NCBI GenBank assembly: GCA_964035545.1
Contig: OZ037766.1
Span: forward strand, 13,072,722 to 13,136,721
Origin: Bugula neritina
Lineage: Eukaryota; Animalia; Bryozoa
DNA: 64,000 bases
Direction: 5' to 3'
The notes under the pieces are model-generated. The model did no database searches and was not told where the DNA came from. It was given only the letters and a program-made list of their open reading frames with translations. A program made the position numbers and the translations under genes. Position 1 is the first letter of the stretch. Every line of letters starts with the position of its first letter. This document shows, one piece after another, positions 41,126-53,509 of the stretch.

Positions 41126-41468
41126 GCCTAGGGCCACACTGTGCGTATTTTCGCATGCAAAAATTAAAATCACAAGTAGCAAAGGTGTCCACTGTAGCGT
41201 CAGTGATGCGTGATAAATAAAGCTTTCATTTTTAAATCGCACTCGCTTTCAATAAAACGCAATTTACTGGAATATAGCACTAAATAAAGAAATTGGGCTT
41301 GCTGAATAACTACCAGCCAATTAGGTGACGACGACAGAGACGAATCGCACTTGCGTTGAGAATGCTGAGCGACAAGTGCGAATGTTTTCTCAACGCGTAC
41401 AGTGGACACCTTTGCTACTTGTGATTTCAATTTTCGCATGCGAAAATACACACCGTGTGGCCCTAGGC
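41126..41468. mobile_element. PIF/Harbinger-type MITE, 343 bp
   Basis: ~70-bp near-perfect TIRs (gcctagggccacac...ggtgtccactgta), TAA on both flanks, CpGs retained (young). Confidence 0.9.
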
Positions 41469-41934
41469 TAAGCTCTTTTTCTGCTCATTTCATACTTCCT
41501 TACTTTTCCTCCAAATTTATTTATCCTCTAATTGAGCTTATAATTATAGAATTAGTAGTAGTAATAATGACAGCTGTTTAACAAAACATAACAGAGTTAA
41601 TTTTTTCTAAGCAGTAAAATGTTAGAGCAGTTGTTATATTTGGCTATACAATGTCATTTCATTTATTAATAATATTTGTCCTGCAGAGTTATATCCTGTC
41701 CAAATACTACCAAGTAAACAGGTTTGGTATATTGCACAATATTTTTAACATTCCAAGGACCAGTTAACCTAATTTTATATGTAAGATCCATCAGTTACAG
41801 TAACAGTTACAGCTATCAAAGGTAGCTTAGCAGATTTTTGAGCTGTAAAACATGTACCTACACAAGCAAATGTAATCATATTCAAGTTTTGCCATTTAAA
41901 GAATCTCTGACACACTTAATAATCTATGCAGTAG

Positions 41935-42433
41935 TGTTGTAGTTTAGCTGGCTACTACAAGTGTGGTTTATTGTGTGCTTAGGCTGCTAGTACATAGCCT
42001 GGCCACGAGGTTTGCGTAAGAGAATCGAGTAGTTGTTAAGTTTAGACAAACAAATATATTTACAATATATTACAATATTACGATATATTTACAAAAGAAG
42101 TTTACATCAAGTCAAAAAAGAAGCATAAAAGTCAGGGTACAAGATAGTTAGCTTTACTCTATATCCACATGTAGAATGAGGCTGGGCGCGGGAAGGCGCT
42201 TCTTATAAAGGGGAAGTGTCATTTGATTAGCCGATGGGTTCTGGCGGTGGGGACCGAGGCTGGCGCGGTACCTTGTGCCAACGCCGCAGAAGTGCAGCAT
42301 TTCGCAATGTTAGCCTGAGCGTAACAAAGAGAATGTCATAATACTTTTTGACTATAACACAGTCACGTTTTATACACAAGTATCTGTATACCCAATGGGT
42401 GGAAAGTAACACACATGTCCCACAGCCGTTACA
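41935..42433 (-). mobile_element. Solo LTR, 499 bp (4-bp TSD, Gypsy-like)
   Basis: TGT...ACA termini and GTAG duplicated on both sides. On the minus strand a GC/CpG-rich U3-like block, then TATAA (~42203), then AATAAA (~41967). Confidence 0.75.
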
Positions 42434-44018
42434 GTAGTAAAATGCTTACATATATTGTAGTTGTCTTCTAAAACTGCTTTAGGGTTGTATGTTCAAACAA
42501 TTTTGTGCAAACAAGTCTTAAATTGATTTGAGATTTCTGATCACTTGCTGATGATGTTTCCAGTCGGCCCTAAAGTTTGTGGTATTATAAAACTAATAGC
42601 AATTATTGCTAACTTTTATCACACGCTATTTTTAGCTGCTGCACTACACAGTCTAACAAATGAGATGGCTTGAAAGTTTAAATACCTACTGCATAAATGA
42701 AGTGTCTCAGCGATTTTTAAGGAGTAAGGTTTAAACAAAATTCAGAATAGAAAATATATAAGCTGTGCAAAAATTAAGCTAGATTTGCTCACTTGATTAA
42801 CACCATAGTTATAACACTGGCACCACTGTTCTCGTGCTGCTATTAGCATGTGCGATATTTTTAGACTTTGACAGGTGTTGTGGTTGGATAACATTGTGAG
42901 GAATAGTGTCTTTAATACTCACCTGTAACTGCTTGTGCATTTTCTATGTTTTTTGCATAGAAATATTTCCAGTTGCATTTTGAGAATCAAAGAACTGAAT
43001 GTTTACATTTACTTTGGCTAAGCTTTACTTGGTTAGTGTTGATGGTGTAAAAGACACTTGGAGCCATACTTGAAACAAACAAAATATTGGTTTGATCTTA
43101 GAGGAATTTCAGGAAGCTGAAAGTTCAGGATATACTACTTTGTACAAGTCATGTGACTATTTCGAAATATTATGTTCAGAGACATATATTTACGCCTTAT
43201 AAATGTTTTTGGTGGAAGTAGAATTGATAAAGCTAATGCTTTGTTTGTTGGAATGAAATTTAGATAAATTGAAGGTAAAATATAAATATTAACCTTCTGG
43301 CGGTACAATTTAGCAAATAAGTTTTGCCATTCCAAATAAATATAATAGTTTATAAATAAAATGTCTTACTGTTATCATCATGTTATTATAATTATAGTTT
43401 TACAACTTTTACAAGAAGTAGCTTGAATTTTAATTATAACTAAAAAAAGACTTGAAACACATAGTACAGCATATAACCTAGAATATGTAATAGATATTGC
43501 TTAAATTCAAGAAAATTGTTTGTTTATCGCAAACAAAGCATAATATAAACCCACAAAAGTGGTCATGTGGTCGCAGTGCTAAGTAAAGTAGTCATCACTT
43601 TGGCTTGATTTTCAAGAGGAGATAATTCTGAAGTCTTCAAGTTGCTGCGCTATGTAATCTTGTATATCACAATTGATCCATTATTGATACTATCTTACAG
43701 TGTTTGGTTTTTGTGCTCTAAGATTGTAACACTTTAATAATCATTATTAATAATTTATATTTTTGTTCTTATTTACTTCTTTTTGTATTTGTTGACTAAT
43801 AATTTCTTCTACAAGATCAACTTCTCTAACAGCACAAATTGATACATGAAAAATACAAAATTATTCAACCACGGTTTAATAATAACATATGATTGTAATA
43901 TATTGTTGCAGTTAATTTGAATTTTTTTCAAATGCATGCAATTAATTGTTGCATGACAGCGATTATAATATAATCACTGTCAGCAGTTAATTAATAATTA
44001 ATATAATATGGATTAGAG

Positions 44019-44548
44019 CAGCCATGCTCAACCTGCAGCCTTTTGACTTTTGGCAGCCTTTTGAGCTGGCAAATGTGGCCTTTTGGTCTCTTAGTAAAAT
44101 AAAAATTTAGTTCAGTTTCAATCCTTCCTCAATTTTGCCTTTCACTAATTCCCAAGTTAACTATGTGAATCATGACTGCTAGTACATATTGATGTGAACA
44201 GTTATTCTCTTGAATGGGGTATGCCAAAAGTAAATTCAGATTGAGACTAATGGACTCCTATCTGGGAGATATTCTTCACATATCGGCATCGGATATTAAA
44301 CCAAGTTATCAAGCTGTACCATGCTCTGTTCCATGTACAAAAAATGCTTACTTTCCTGAACAAATCAAGTTATTCTCCTGGATCTGTTTTTCATAACAAA
44401 ATAAATACATATCAAATTTGAAAGTAGGCTTTAATTAATGATATATGGAGGGTTTTGACAGTGAAATTGGCACTGAATTTTCTAGTGGCCTTTTTGGTGG
44501 CTCAAGCTTTTTTTGCGGCCTTTTCCCAAAAAAGGTTGAGCACCCATG
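44019..44548 (+). mobile_element. Non-autonomous hAT (Charlie-like) element with transposase C-terminal remnant
   Basis: TIRs cagccatgctcaacct / aggttgagcacccatg; 8-bp TSD GATTAGAG; internal CEQLFS*MGYAKSKFRLRLMDSYLGDILHISASDIKP matches the hAT dimerisation domain. Confidence 0.9.
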
Positions 44549-47500
44549 GATTAGAGGCTATTTTAGTAGTGCAGACAATCCCTAGTATTATTTGAATTTT
44601 CTTGATCAACATTTTTTATCTGGTGCAATATTAATTAATAAGATTTGCTTACATATTATGCGACTCCTGAATTTGCAACTATAAATGTTTTTGCTCCTTA
44701 TATAGGTCATTAAAACTTTTTCTTTTTCACCTAATTTCCAAATTTTCCAACAAAATTAATTTCTTTGAACAAAGCTTACTAATGTTTTTAAAAACAGATA
44801 CGTACATTGCTTTAACTAATAAATATATTCAAGAAATATGCTTTTTTTATAATGACAGTCTATAAAACAAGTGATTATAATAGCAATAATCAATAGTAAT
44901 ATTATAGTATTGATGTTACATTCTAAAGTGTAGCCACAGCTCTTACAGAGTTTTATTCTCTACACAAAAACACAAACTGGCAAGGCTAGGAATGATATAT
45001 ACTACTATTATACAAATAAAGCGAAATAAAACTAGTAAAATTAGTATGCGTTTAAGCATTACTAGTTTTTAAAGACTATGGTGCAAAATGGCCAAAAATG
45101 CTAATATAAACCTCTTTTTTGTAAATAATTATCAGTTAGTAGTAGAGCAATTGTTAGTTCTCAAAATTCTCAAGTGCTTAAAATTTGTAGCCATTGAAAC
45201 TTCTATACTGCAAGTATTTGGATGATGCACATACAAGCTAGTCGTGATAGTAGAGTACGTAATATACAATGCTATGTATATACATTAATAACCTCATCAT
45301 TTGGATCATTCATATCTTTTTATTAAGAGTTTCCCAGCATTTCCTTCACCTTTGATTATATAGAATCAATACTTTATTACAGGAAAGTTGCAGATATCCT
45401 GTTCTCATGACAATGAAATAAATACTGGCCGCTCAAATTAAGAGAAAATATATCTGAACACATTATGCAGAATATTTGTATTATAAGATAACATTGTGTA
45501 ACTACAGATAACATAGATTATCAGCAAAATCAGCCTCGTCATCTCAGCTTAATAAGCAAATATGAACAACCTATACAGTGTTATTAAATGTCTGACTTGG
45601 TAAAATTCGTCAAAACAAAAAGATGCTTTCAGTTACCTGACATTTAGATAGTTACTCTACTTTATTGCAAAAAGTACATAAGTCATTGAATTTTGGTTAG
45701 TAAAAGTTGGGGCATGCACAATAAAATCTTCAACAAAATTTTACCAAGTTGCGTTTTTCAAATGGGCTTTTTGCATATTAGCCATATCTACTGCTTTTTG
45801 TATTATACTTAATATTTGAAAACGCCAGTTATAGTTAAATTTTTTTGATTAAAATGCTTAATTTTTATGAAATTTAATTTACTACAGTACTTTGAAAGCT
45901 TAAAATCCAATGTTTCTTTTCATCTATCTCCGCTTTGTCTTGTTCGGGTAGCGGGTAGTTTAAAATTCAATAAAACGTAAAAATGTCTTCAAGCTATAAA
46001 ATTAAAGTTTTTCTAGCTGTAACTCATTATAGTTGTGTTTTACAGTTGAAAATAAACTCCTTTTTTTAGTCTTACCAAATTTTATTGTGGCCTAGGTATT
46101 TTAACTTTTAATGAAAGATGTAAGTATTTTAATTTTGATGAAATAATTATGATCTCGTTCCTTTAAACCCAGAAACAGAAATTCTGAATTAATTGTCAAC
46201 AATTACCTTAAACTAAGTATATATGTTTATGTAAAGAATAGAACATTTTTACTAATGAGGTGACATGTTGGGTCAGGATTATTCCAAACCAAACTTTCAA
46301 ATTTTAAATACTTTCAATGAAATTGTAGTTTATAAGATTTAGAATTTCTTAGAAATTTTAAGAAATTTAAGCAATAATGGGGGCCATCTTAGTAGCAACT
46401 GAAAGCATCTTGCCTCTAAAAATATCATCATACAAACAACACAATGGCTATCTCAAAAAATGTACACCTCTATATATAGTAAGATATGTACATTTAAAGA
46501 GCTTATACAACTGCTAAATGACTAGTAAAGATAATGGCTGCATGCGTGTGGAAAATACAAATCTATGAGTATTATAAGGACAAAAGATTGTATATATACA
46601 ATAAAATGCGTGTGTTATTTTTGTTGGAGATTTACTGTGCGGTGGCAGTCATTGCGGGCTGTGGAGATTCCATGATGCTGCCTGATGCCACCTGCTACAG
46701 CTGTCAGTTGTGGTCTACAATATATTCACAGTTGAATGTTAAACTCTTGTATCTAAATATCTAAATGATTATTCTTAGTCTGCAAATATAACAAAGAACT
46801 TTTTATTTGCATGGCTAATGATATTTTATTACAATTAAACTTCCAAAGTTCATATAACATTTAAATTAATATTATGTAAAATATGATAAACTACTGTTTT
46901 GATAAACGCAATTTGAAAATTTGGAGTTGCTTGCTCCCAACCAAGTTTAACAATTATGTATACAATAAAACAGTGCAACAACCATTCAAACCGCATGCTT
47001 GCCTAGAAGTTTATAAACGTTTATGTTACAACTGATTAGTCATTAGAGTGTGCCAATCTTTTTTGTTGCGCTAAATTTGATGCACTTGGGTTTGTTGAAA
47101 GTCTCCATTCGTGTAAAAGAGTTTTCAAGTGGGTTGATGATTGTGCCCCCCACTATGGTGACAATACGGTTAGACACCCTTTGCAGTGGTACAGGAGAGA
47201 TTATGGACAGATGCCATTCCTAGCATCACCAATTATCTTGTCAGAATTTATTTGATCTGGTAACCTTATAGCACCCATGCCAATGCTTTATAAACTCTAG
47301 TTATGCAATTTTGAAAGTGTAATACACACTCTGGAATAATTAGAAAATAGATAATATAGAAAATAAATAGTTTTACAGGTTGAAATTTTTATTTGAGAGA
47401 GTAGCTCCCGAAATTACATTCTGAAAGTAAGCAGTAGATAAAAACTGCTGCCATAAAATTTGTATTTGCCATGAATAAAATTCAGAGTTCTAGTAATGTA

Positions 47501-47857
47501 ATTATTTTATTTTTCTAAACTGATAAAGTTTTTATTTTTTGCTGTAGCAAAATTATTTTATTGTTGATGCTAACAGTGTCTTACTTTTTCATAATATTCA
47601 TCAGTATACAAGTTGTATGGTGGTAAAGTTACCAGACAAAACAAACTATGAAAAGCATCAACTGTTGTGAAATTAATCTAAAGCAAAGATATGAAGAATA
47701 AGCAAAAGGGTTTTATATACTAGCACAGAAACAAGTTGCGAAAAGTTTGTACCAGCAATACAGTAAATAATATTTTGCCAGCTGCTCACAATATTTTGTC
47801 AAGTAAATTTCTGCAACAGGTATTTGCTAAGCCTTGAGCAGAAAAGTGATATCTTAC

Positions 47858-50800
47858 CAGAATCATTGCTTCTCTTCTTTTGCTGAACAGAAGAGTGGTC
47901 CATGGGAAGCTCTGTTTTAGTGAAACATGTTTGTTCATTGACAACAGATCTATCAGCACAATCACAGCTGTCAAGGTTGAGCAGCTTGTTCTTCCCACAC
48001 TGATGATAACGAATTGTCAGCTCTAAGAATAAATGCAGGTATGACTTTGATTCATTTCTTAAATTTGAATTAATGTCTATTGAAGTTTAATTGAATATTT
48101 TGCAAATTGCTTTTATAGTCACTTACAGTGACTATAATTATTAGATGTTTCAACAGTCCAGATACAAACTTATCATGAGAGAGTTAAAACAAGTAAAAAT
48201 AAATAATAATAAGCAATATAATTATATTGATGCCTAAATCAAACAAGTTTATTTAAACTTGAATGAGAAAATTAGTTGAAATTAAGATCTAGAAGAAACT
48301 AAGAAACAAATAATTATAGTATGACCAGCAAATGAACTGAAATAATTTATATATAGACATTAGCTAAAACATGCTAAAACCTTGTTATTTGATTTTATCA
48401 AGTCGTCTATAGAGAATGAGATACTCACTTCCGTTCTCCTCATAAACTCTGATCATAAACTTTTGCTTGCATAGATCTTCACTTAGTTGATAGTAAGAAA
48501 CGGTTCGGTTGAACCCTGAACTATCGGGTAAAGCACACTTGTGTTCTATGAAAAGAAAAATTAACACACCGTACACCAAATTACATCACACGATAATACT
48601 ATAGCATACCAGTGATATATACATTAAATAATATGTTAGTATATGTATCATACCATAGTGATGCTATAATTATGTGTTGATCGTTAGTTCTTATTACCTA
48701 TAACACCAGTTTTGCTTTCACTGCAACTACAGCACAAACTAATGCAATATAAACAGATTGAAAATGCTCCAGTATTTTGAATAACAAATATCTTTGAGCA
48801 ACAGCATGAATATGAACGGTAATGTCCATTAACATATAATTTGCTTATAAGGTGCTAACTGCCATTTTAGCTGATGCGATATAACCTTTCAAAGGAACCT
48901 ACAATCTTAACAAATGTCTGCAAATAGTTAGTTTACATATTCATTTTTTTTGTTGATAAGCTGTTAAAAGTTGCAACAGAAGGCACAAATAGTTATGAGT
49001 CACTTGTATACATGTTTTAATGCGTATATGTAATTATGTAAGTACTTACCAATCAATTTCTTAGAAGTTTTGTTTCTTCTAGCCAGTGATTCCTGCTGCA
49101 GCTGAGAGACATCATAGCCATGTTTAGTTCTACATGTCTCCTGCTCCACAGTATGATTGCTCCAACATTCGCATAAGTCAATATTGAACAGCTTGTCATA
49201 AGGACAAAGGTCATCCTCTTCAAACCTTACATTACCTACAACAGCAAGCTAACAGCTCACACTAGTTGGATGTTTACACACAACTTTCTCAGAAATTCAT
49301 AAATTTGTTCTAGACTGTTCTAGCTTTAGATTATAGAATGTTCTAGCTTTAGTGATATAACATTGAACGCCTAATTTATAAAGTTTTAGACTAGCATGCT
49401 GCGAATACTTTTATAAATAAACTGTTATGCTGCTTTAAAAGAGGTAGGTGCAGTATTAATGGAGAAATTGAGAGATGCCTGTGTTCTAAGCTAGAAATAT
49501 GGCAAAAGAAGTTATGTTCTCGCAATAACTTCAACCCGAACCCCAAACCAAAAATTAATAGAAAATAAAAAAAACTTAGGCTATCTCAATATCTACACTA
49601 CTGCTCCCAGTAGCTTTAAAAACAAGCTATTATTTTGATTTTAGGTAAATTAGACTCATTTTTTTTCTTGATTCTATAACTATAGCTCTGTAAATATATA
49701 ACATCTAATTATTTCACTAGCTACATATATTTTTAATTTATCCATTCACAGCTGTTGGTATAAAATAAATACAAAACAACCAAACAAAGGTTTCTGACCA
49801 TTCTTGATATTTTTTATACAAATGATTTATGGCTACAGTGATAACTTACTGCCATTGGTAGACGAGTATTTATAGCAACTGTTGATTCTCTCTGAACTGT
49901 TGAATCTAACAGTTCGAGAAACTGTTGATCCAGGTACAGTGCAAGATATGAAGTAAACTTCTGAGCCCACTCTCTCTGAAAAAGGGAAGATGTTATTTTC
50001 AACTACATATTTCATTGCCAAGATATGAGATTTGAACGCATCGTAATAATAAAATAAATAACAATAATGTAACCAGTTGTAGGCTAATAACACATCAAAT
50101 AACATTCACCCAAACATATTTGAAATAGATTTGTTTTAGAACATTAAATATTTCCTGCTTAGTTTTGATTGCCAAATATGTCCCCAATCAAGGTGTGCAT
50201 ATTATAAGAATTACAGCAAATAAAGGCATTGCCTGCAAGAAGATGTTTTAGTCATTTTAATAGTTGACTTGTGCTCTAGAGTGATAGTTTATCCATTTAG
50301 GTGCAGTAGTGAAAAAAACTCAATAGTCTAAGTTCTTTAATTGTTTTATAGATTTTAGTTTGGGGTCTGGGTTGAAATTCTCAAAAAAAAAAGCAATTTC
50401 CATTTTCATCTAAATAACAGGGTTTTCCCAACTTCTTTGTTAATAAACCTACCTCTGCCTTTCGCACACAAACTTTAAAGCTGAAAGACTAACTGGGAGG
50501 TATGCTGCTTAAAATCAATTTTATATCATGATGAAAAGCCAAATATTTTTGCAACGTCACACTCAAACTCGTACCTACTTTGTGATCTTGAGGAATGAAT
50601 AGTAATTATGCTACAAAAGGTAGCTGTGAAAGTGAGATTTCTGTCAGCAAACTGATAATTTGTACACCCAGTGGCCTGTTACTTTGCTCTAGAATGTGAA
50701 ATGCTCACTGATGGGAATAAAAACACTGCAACCAGTGATGAAATCAAACATCACTTACCCACACTGTCGGTGAACATAAATATTTTTGGGTTCTTTGCCA

Positions 50801-51693
50801 AGCCAGTATAACAACACATTACAGCCTATAATAACAGTTAGTATCATTGGTATAAGAATAATGATTTGTATATTGGCATAATGTTGCTCAACAATACAAA
50901 CAACATGAAAATTGTTTAATGATAACAAGGAACATATTTTTGGACACCATTTATTTGTGCAAGACTTCAACTATGAAGAGCAACAACTCTGCCATTTATA
51001 CATATGTATACAAGTTTAATGTGTATTCAGCTAAATTTAGATTTTCACCTTAAAAGTTTTGCCAACTATAGAACGCATGGCATTAAATAAACACAACAGT
51101 TGGACAAATTAAACATTGCACTAGGCATTTGTCCTACATTGTAAACCGCTGACCACTTGGAGCCAACTCAATTTTGCTAAGCTATTATGTCATCAGCGTG
51201 CACAGGCAATGCTGTTGAGCTAGTGGTTACAAGCTAACACTGAATTGAAAAAAGTAGGAAAAAGCATTTACTAAAAAACAAACAAGAACTAATAATGAGT
51301 TTTTTTGACAAAATAATTGCTGGTAACACTAACAAAAATATTTTATAATCTATTAATATGTTGTGGCTGCTCTGTGTGAAAACTATTTGCATTTATTGTA
51401 CCTATGATTATTATAACCACTACAATTTAATATGGATTTTGAAATATAAAAGTTTTAATAACAATTTAATTAAATGAAACTTCAAAATTAAAGTGCAACT
51501 TGTAAGACTTGAAAAGTTAGCATTCTATCAGTTGTAGATAAATTGTTAGCAAAAATTAATGTTAGTTATACCACATGCATAATAGTAATAGCAACTGTTT
51601 TATAGGTAGATTATCAGATATTAATTTTATACTTACATGCGCCAAGAAAAAACAAAGAAAAACTTGTAAAGTCAATGGCAAAATGAAAGCCAT
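47858..51693 (-). CDS. Secreted protein with two tandem 6-Cys modules; 3' end unresolved
   Basis: Exons 51693-51637 (signal peptide MAFILPLTLQVFLCFFLAH), 50825-50759, 49975-49850, 49235-49050, 48545-48429, 48022-47858. All GT-AG, phases 0,1,1,1,1,1, no stops. Terminal exon not identified (candidate acceptor at 46715 gives DHN*). Confidence 0.82.
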
Positions 51694-53509
51694 GTTAATT
51701 CTGGAATATTTTTCATGCACAGATGCCTTTTCAAGCTGAAGCAGAGGGTTCTCTCATCATTAAAACATAGTCAGGACGAAGCATAAGGTTTTATATCCAT
51801 ACAGCTGTCAGCTGACATTTAGCCTGGAATCTAGATCTGTAAATATTAATCAGCTGATATTTAGCCTGAGGGTTGGGATTGAAGAGATATTGATGTTATC
51901 ATTGCAAATCATAAGAAGAGTTATAATCAAAGGTCAGGGTCAACAGGGCAAAACAAATATTTGATTACTATAAATAGAATGAGCACACCTAGATCACACG
52001 CATGGTATTATTGTAATGTAATGCTGTACAAGAAATTGCTACTTGAGCTTGCAGTTTGGTTTCACTGTACCTACAAATATGCAAATATTATATTACGTAT
52101 ACTACCAGCAGGGCAGATTAAGTTATTGTCAAAAAGCAGTAGGTGTTGAAGACCCAATACAATTGAAAAACTAATAAAAAAATACCAACTACTTGGCAAA
52201 ACGTTTTAAAACAGCAAGCTAGCAGTGAAGTCTATAATCAGCTACACACCATATGGTTAAAGCAGTGACAATACAAAAACCACCAATGTTTTCTTGCACA
52301 ATTATGTTGTTTTTAAAAAAATGCATTCACTATTAATCATTTATTGCTGTTTTGACAATGTTTTAAAAAATCAAGAATTATAAAAAAGTGATTCACTGCA
52401 CTTTAAATCTATGACCAAAGCACATAGAGCTGGATGCGACACAATTTCTCAGAATACTTTCGCCCTGCTTAAAAACTGGTTGGTTTTACTTATACTGTAC
52501 TTTATTGTTAAAGGTAGAGATTAGAGGTATTGGGAAAACCGCTCTTATATACATATATATATGCACACCTAGAGTCAGAACCTTACGAGCATTTACAAGT
52601 AGTTATAAATTATGACTGCATCAACTAATCAACACATTCTAAATTGTATATATGCTAATCACCCCTCATATTCAACATAAAACAATTAATTTTAGTTTTT
52701 TGCTATGTGCTTCTTTACTCAACATGACAGCTTTATTAATCTTGTGTAGTGTGCTTGCAAGAAAATTCACTGATTTTTATTACCATTTGGGCGTTACCTT
52801 GTTTCATATACAAGTAATTGCATGCAATATTTACAATCCTCATAACAAATGTTTTAAATGTTGCCAAAATTGCCTAATTACATTTTTATAAAAAGTGCAG
52901 TTTTTGCTTTATATAACAGCTACATGTGTTATAGTGTATCTGGGTGCGCTGGGCAAGTTTCCAGATCACATCAAGGTGAAATGCTGCAACGTGCACAAAC
53001 TAAGCATTAAGCCTGCACAAATGAACACACCATGTGGCATGATGCAACTTTATTGTATACAGAAAAGGATGCATGCCAAAATAAATTACACAGTGATGAG
53101 AATAGAATTCTACAAATCTGAAGGAGTTGATAAACAAATGATAATGTTTACATTAAGTAAGAAATATATCTTGTATTAATCTACATTAACAGGCACGGAT
53201 GTTACACGAACTGATTGCCTTTTACTGGTAAAGTGGGTCGTGATAATTCTAAATATCAGCATGTGTCAATGTTGAAGTATATCTGCAGAATATTGTCATT
53301 TGTTTTTGACACCAAAATTATTTACACATTGCCCAAACATTCACACTATGCACTGCATAGTAGTAGGTACGTAACTGCATATAAATTAGTGCATGCATGT
53401 TTGTGTCCTGATAAACAAGGGTTAAAATTCAAGATAGCTGAAAGTCAGGTACAGGTGCTCTACTTGAATCTGTCAGGTGAAAATGTTCCACAGTTCTATG
53501 ATGACTCAA

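Noticed and set aside
50579-50850. Alternative start MILTVIIG... plus a micro-exon giving RSQKR
   Set aside because: The 51693 signal-peptide exon plus 50825-50759 matches the paralog's phase 0/1 architecture better
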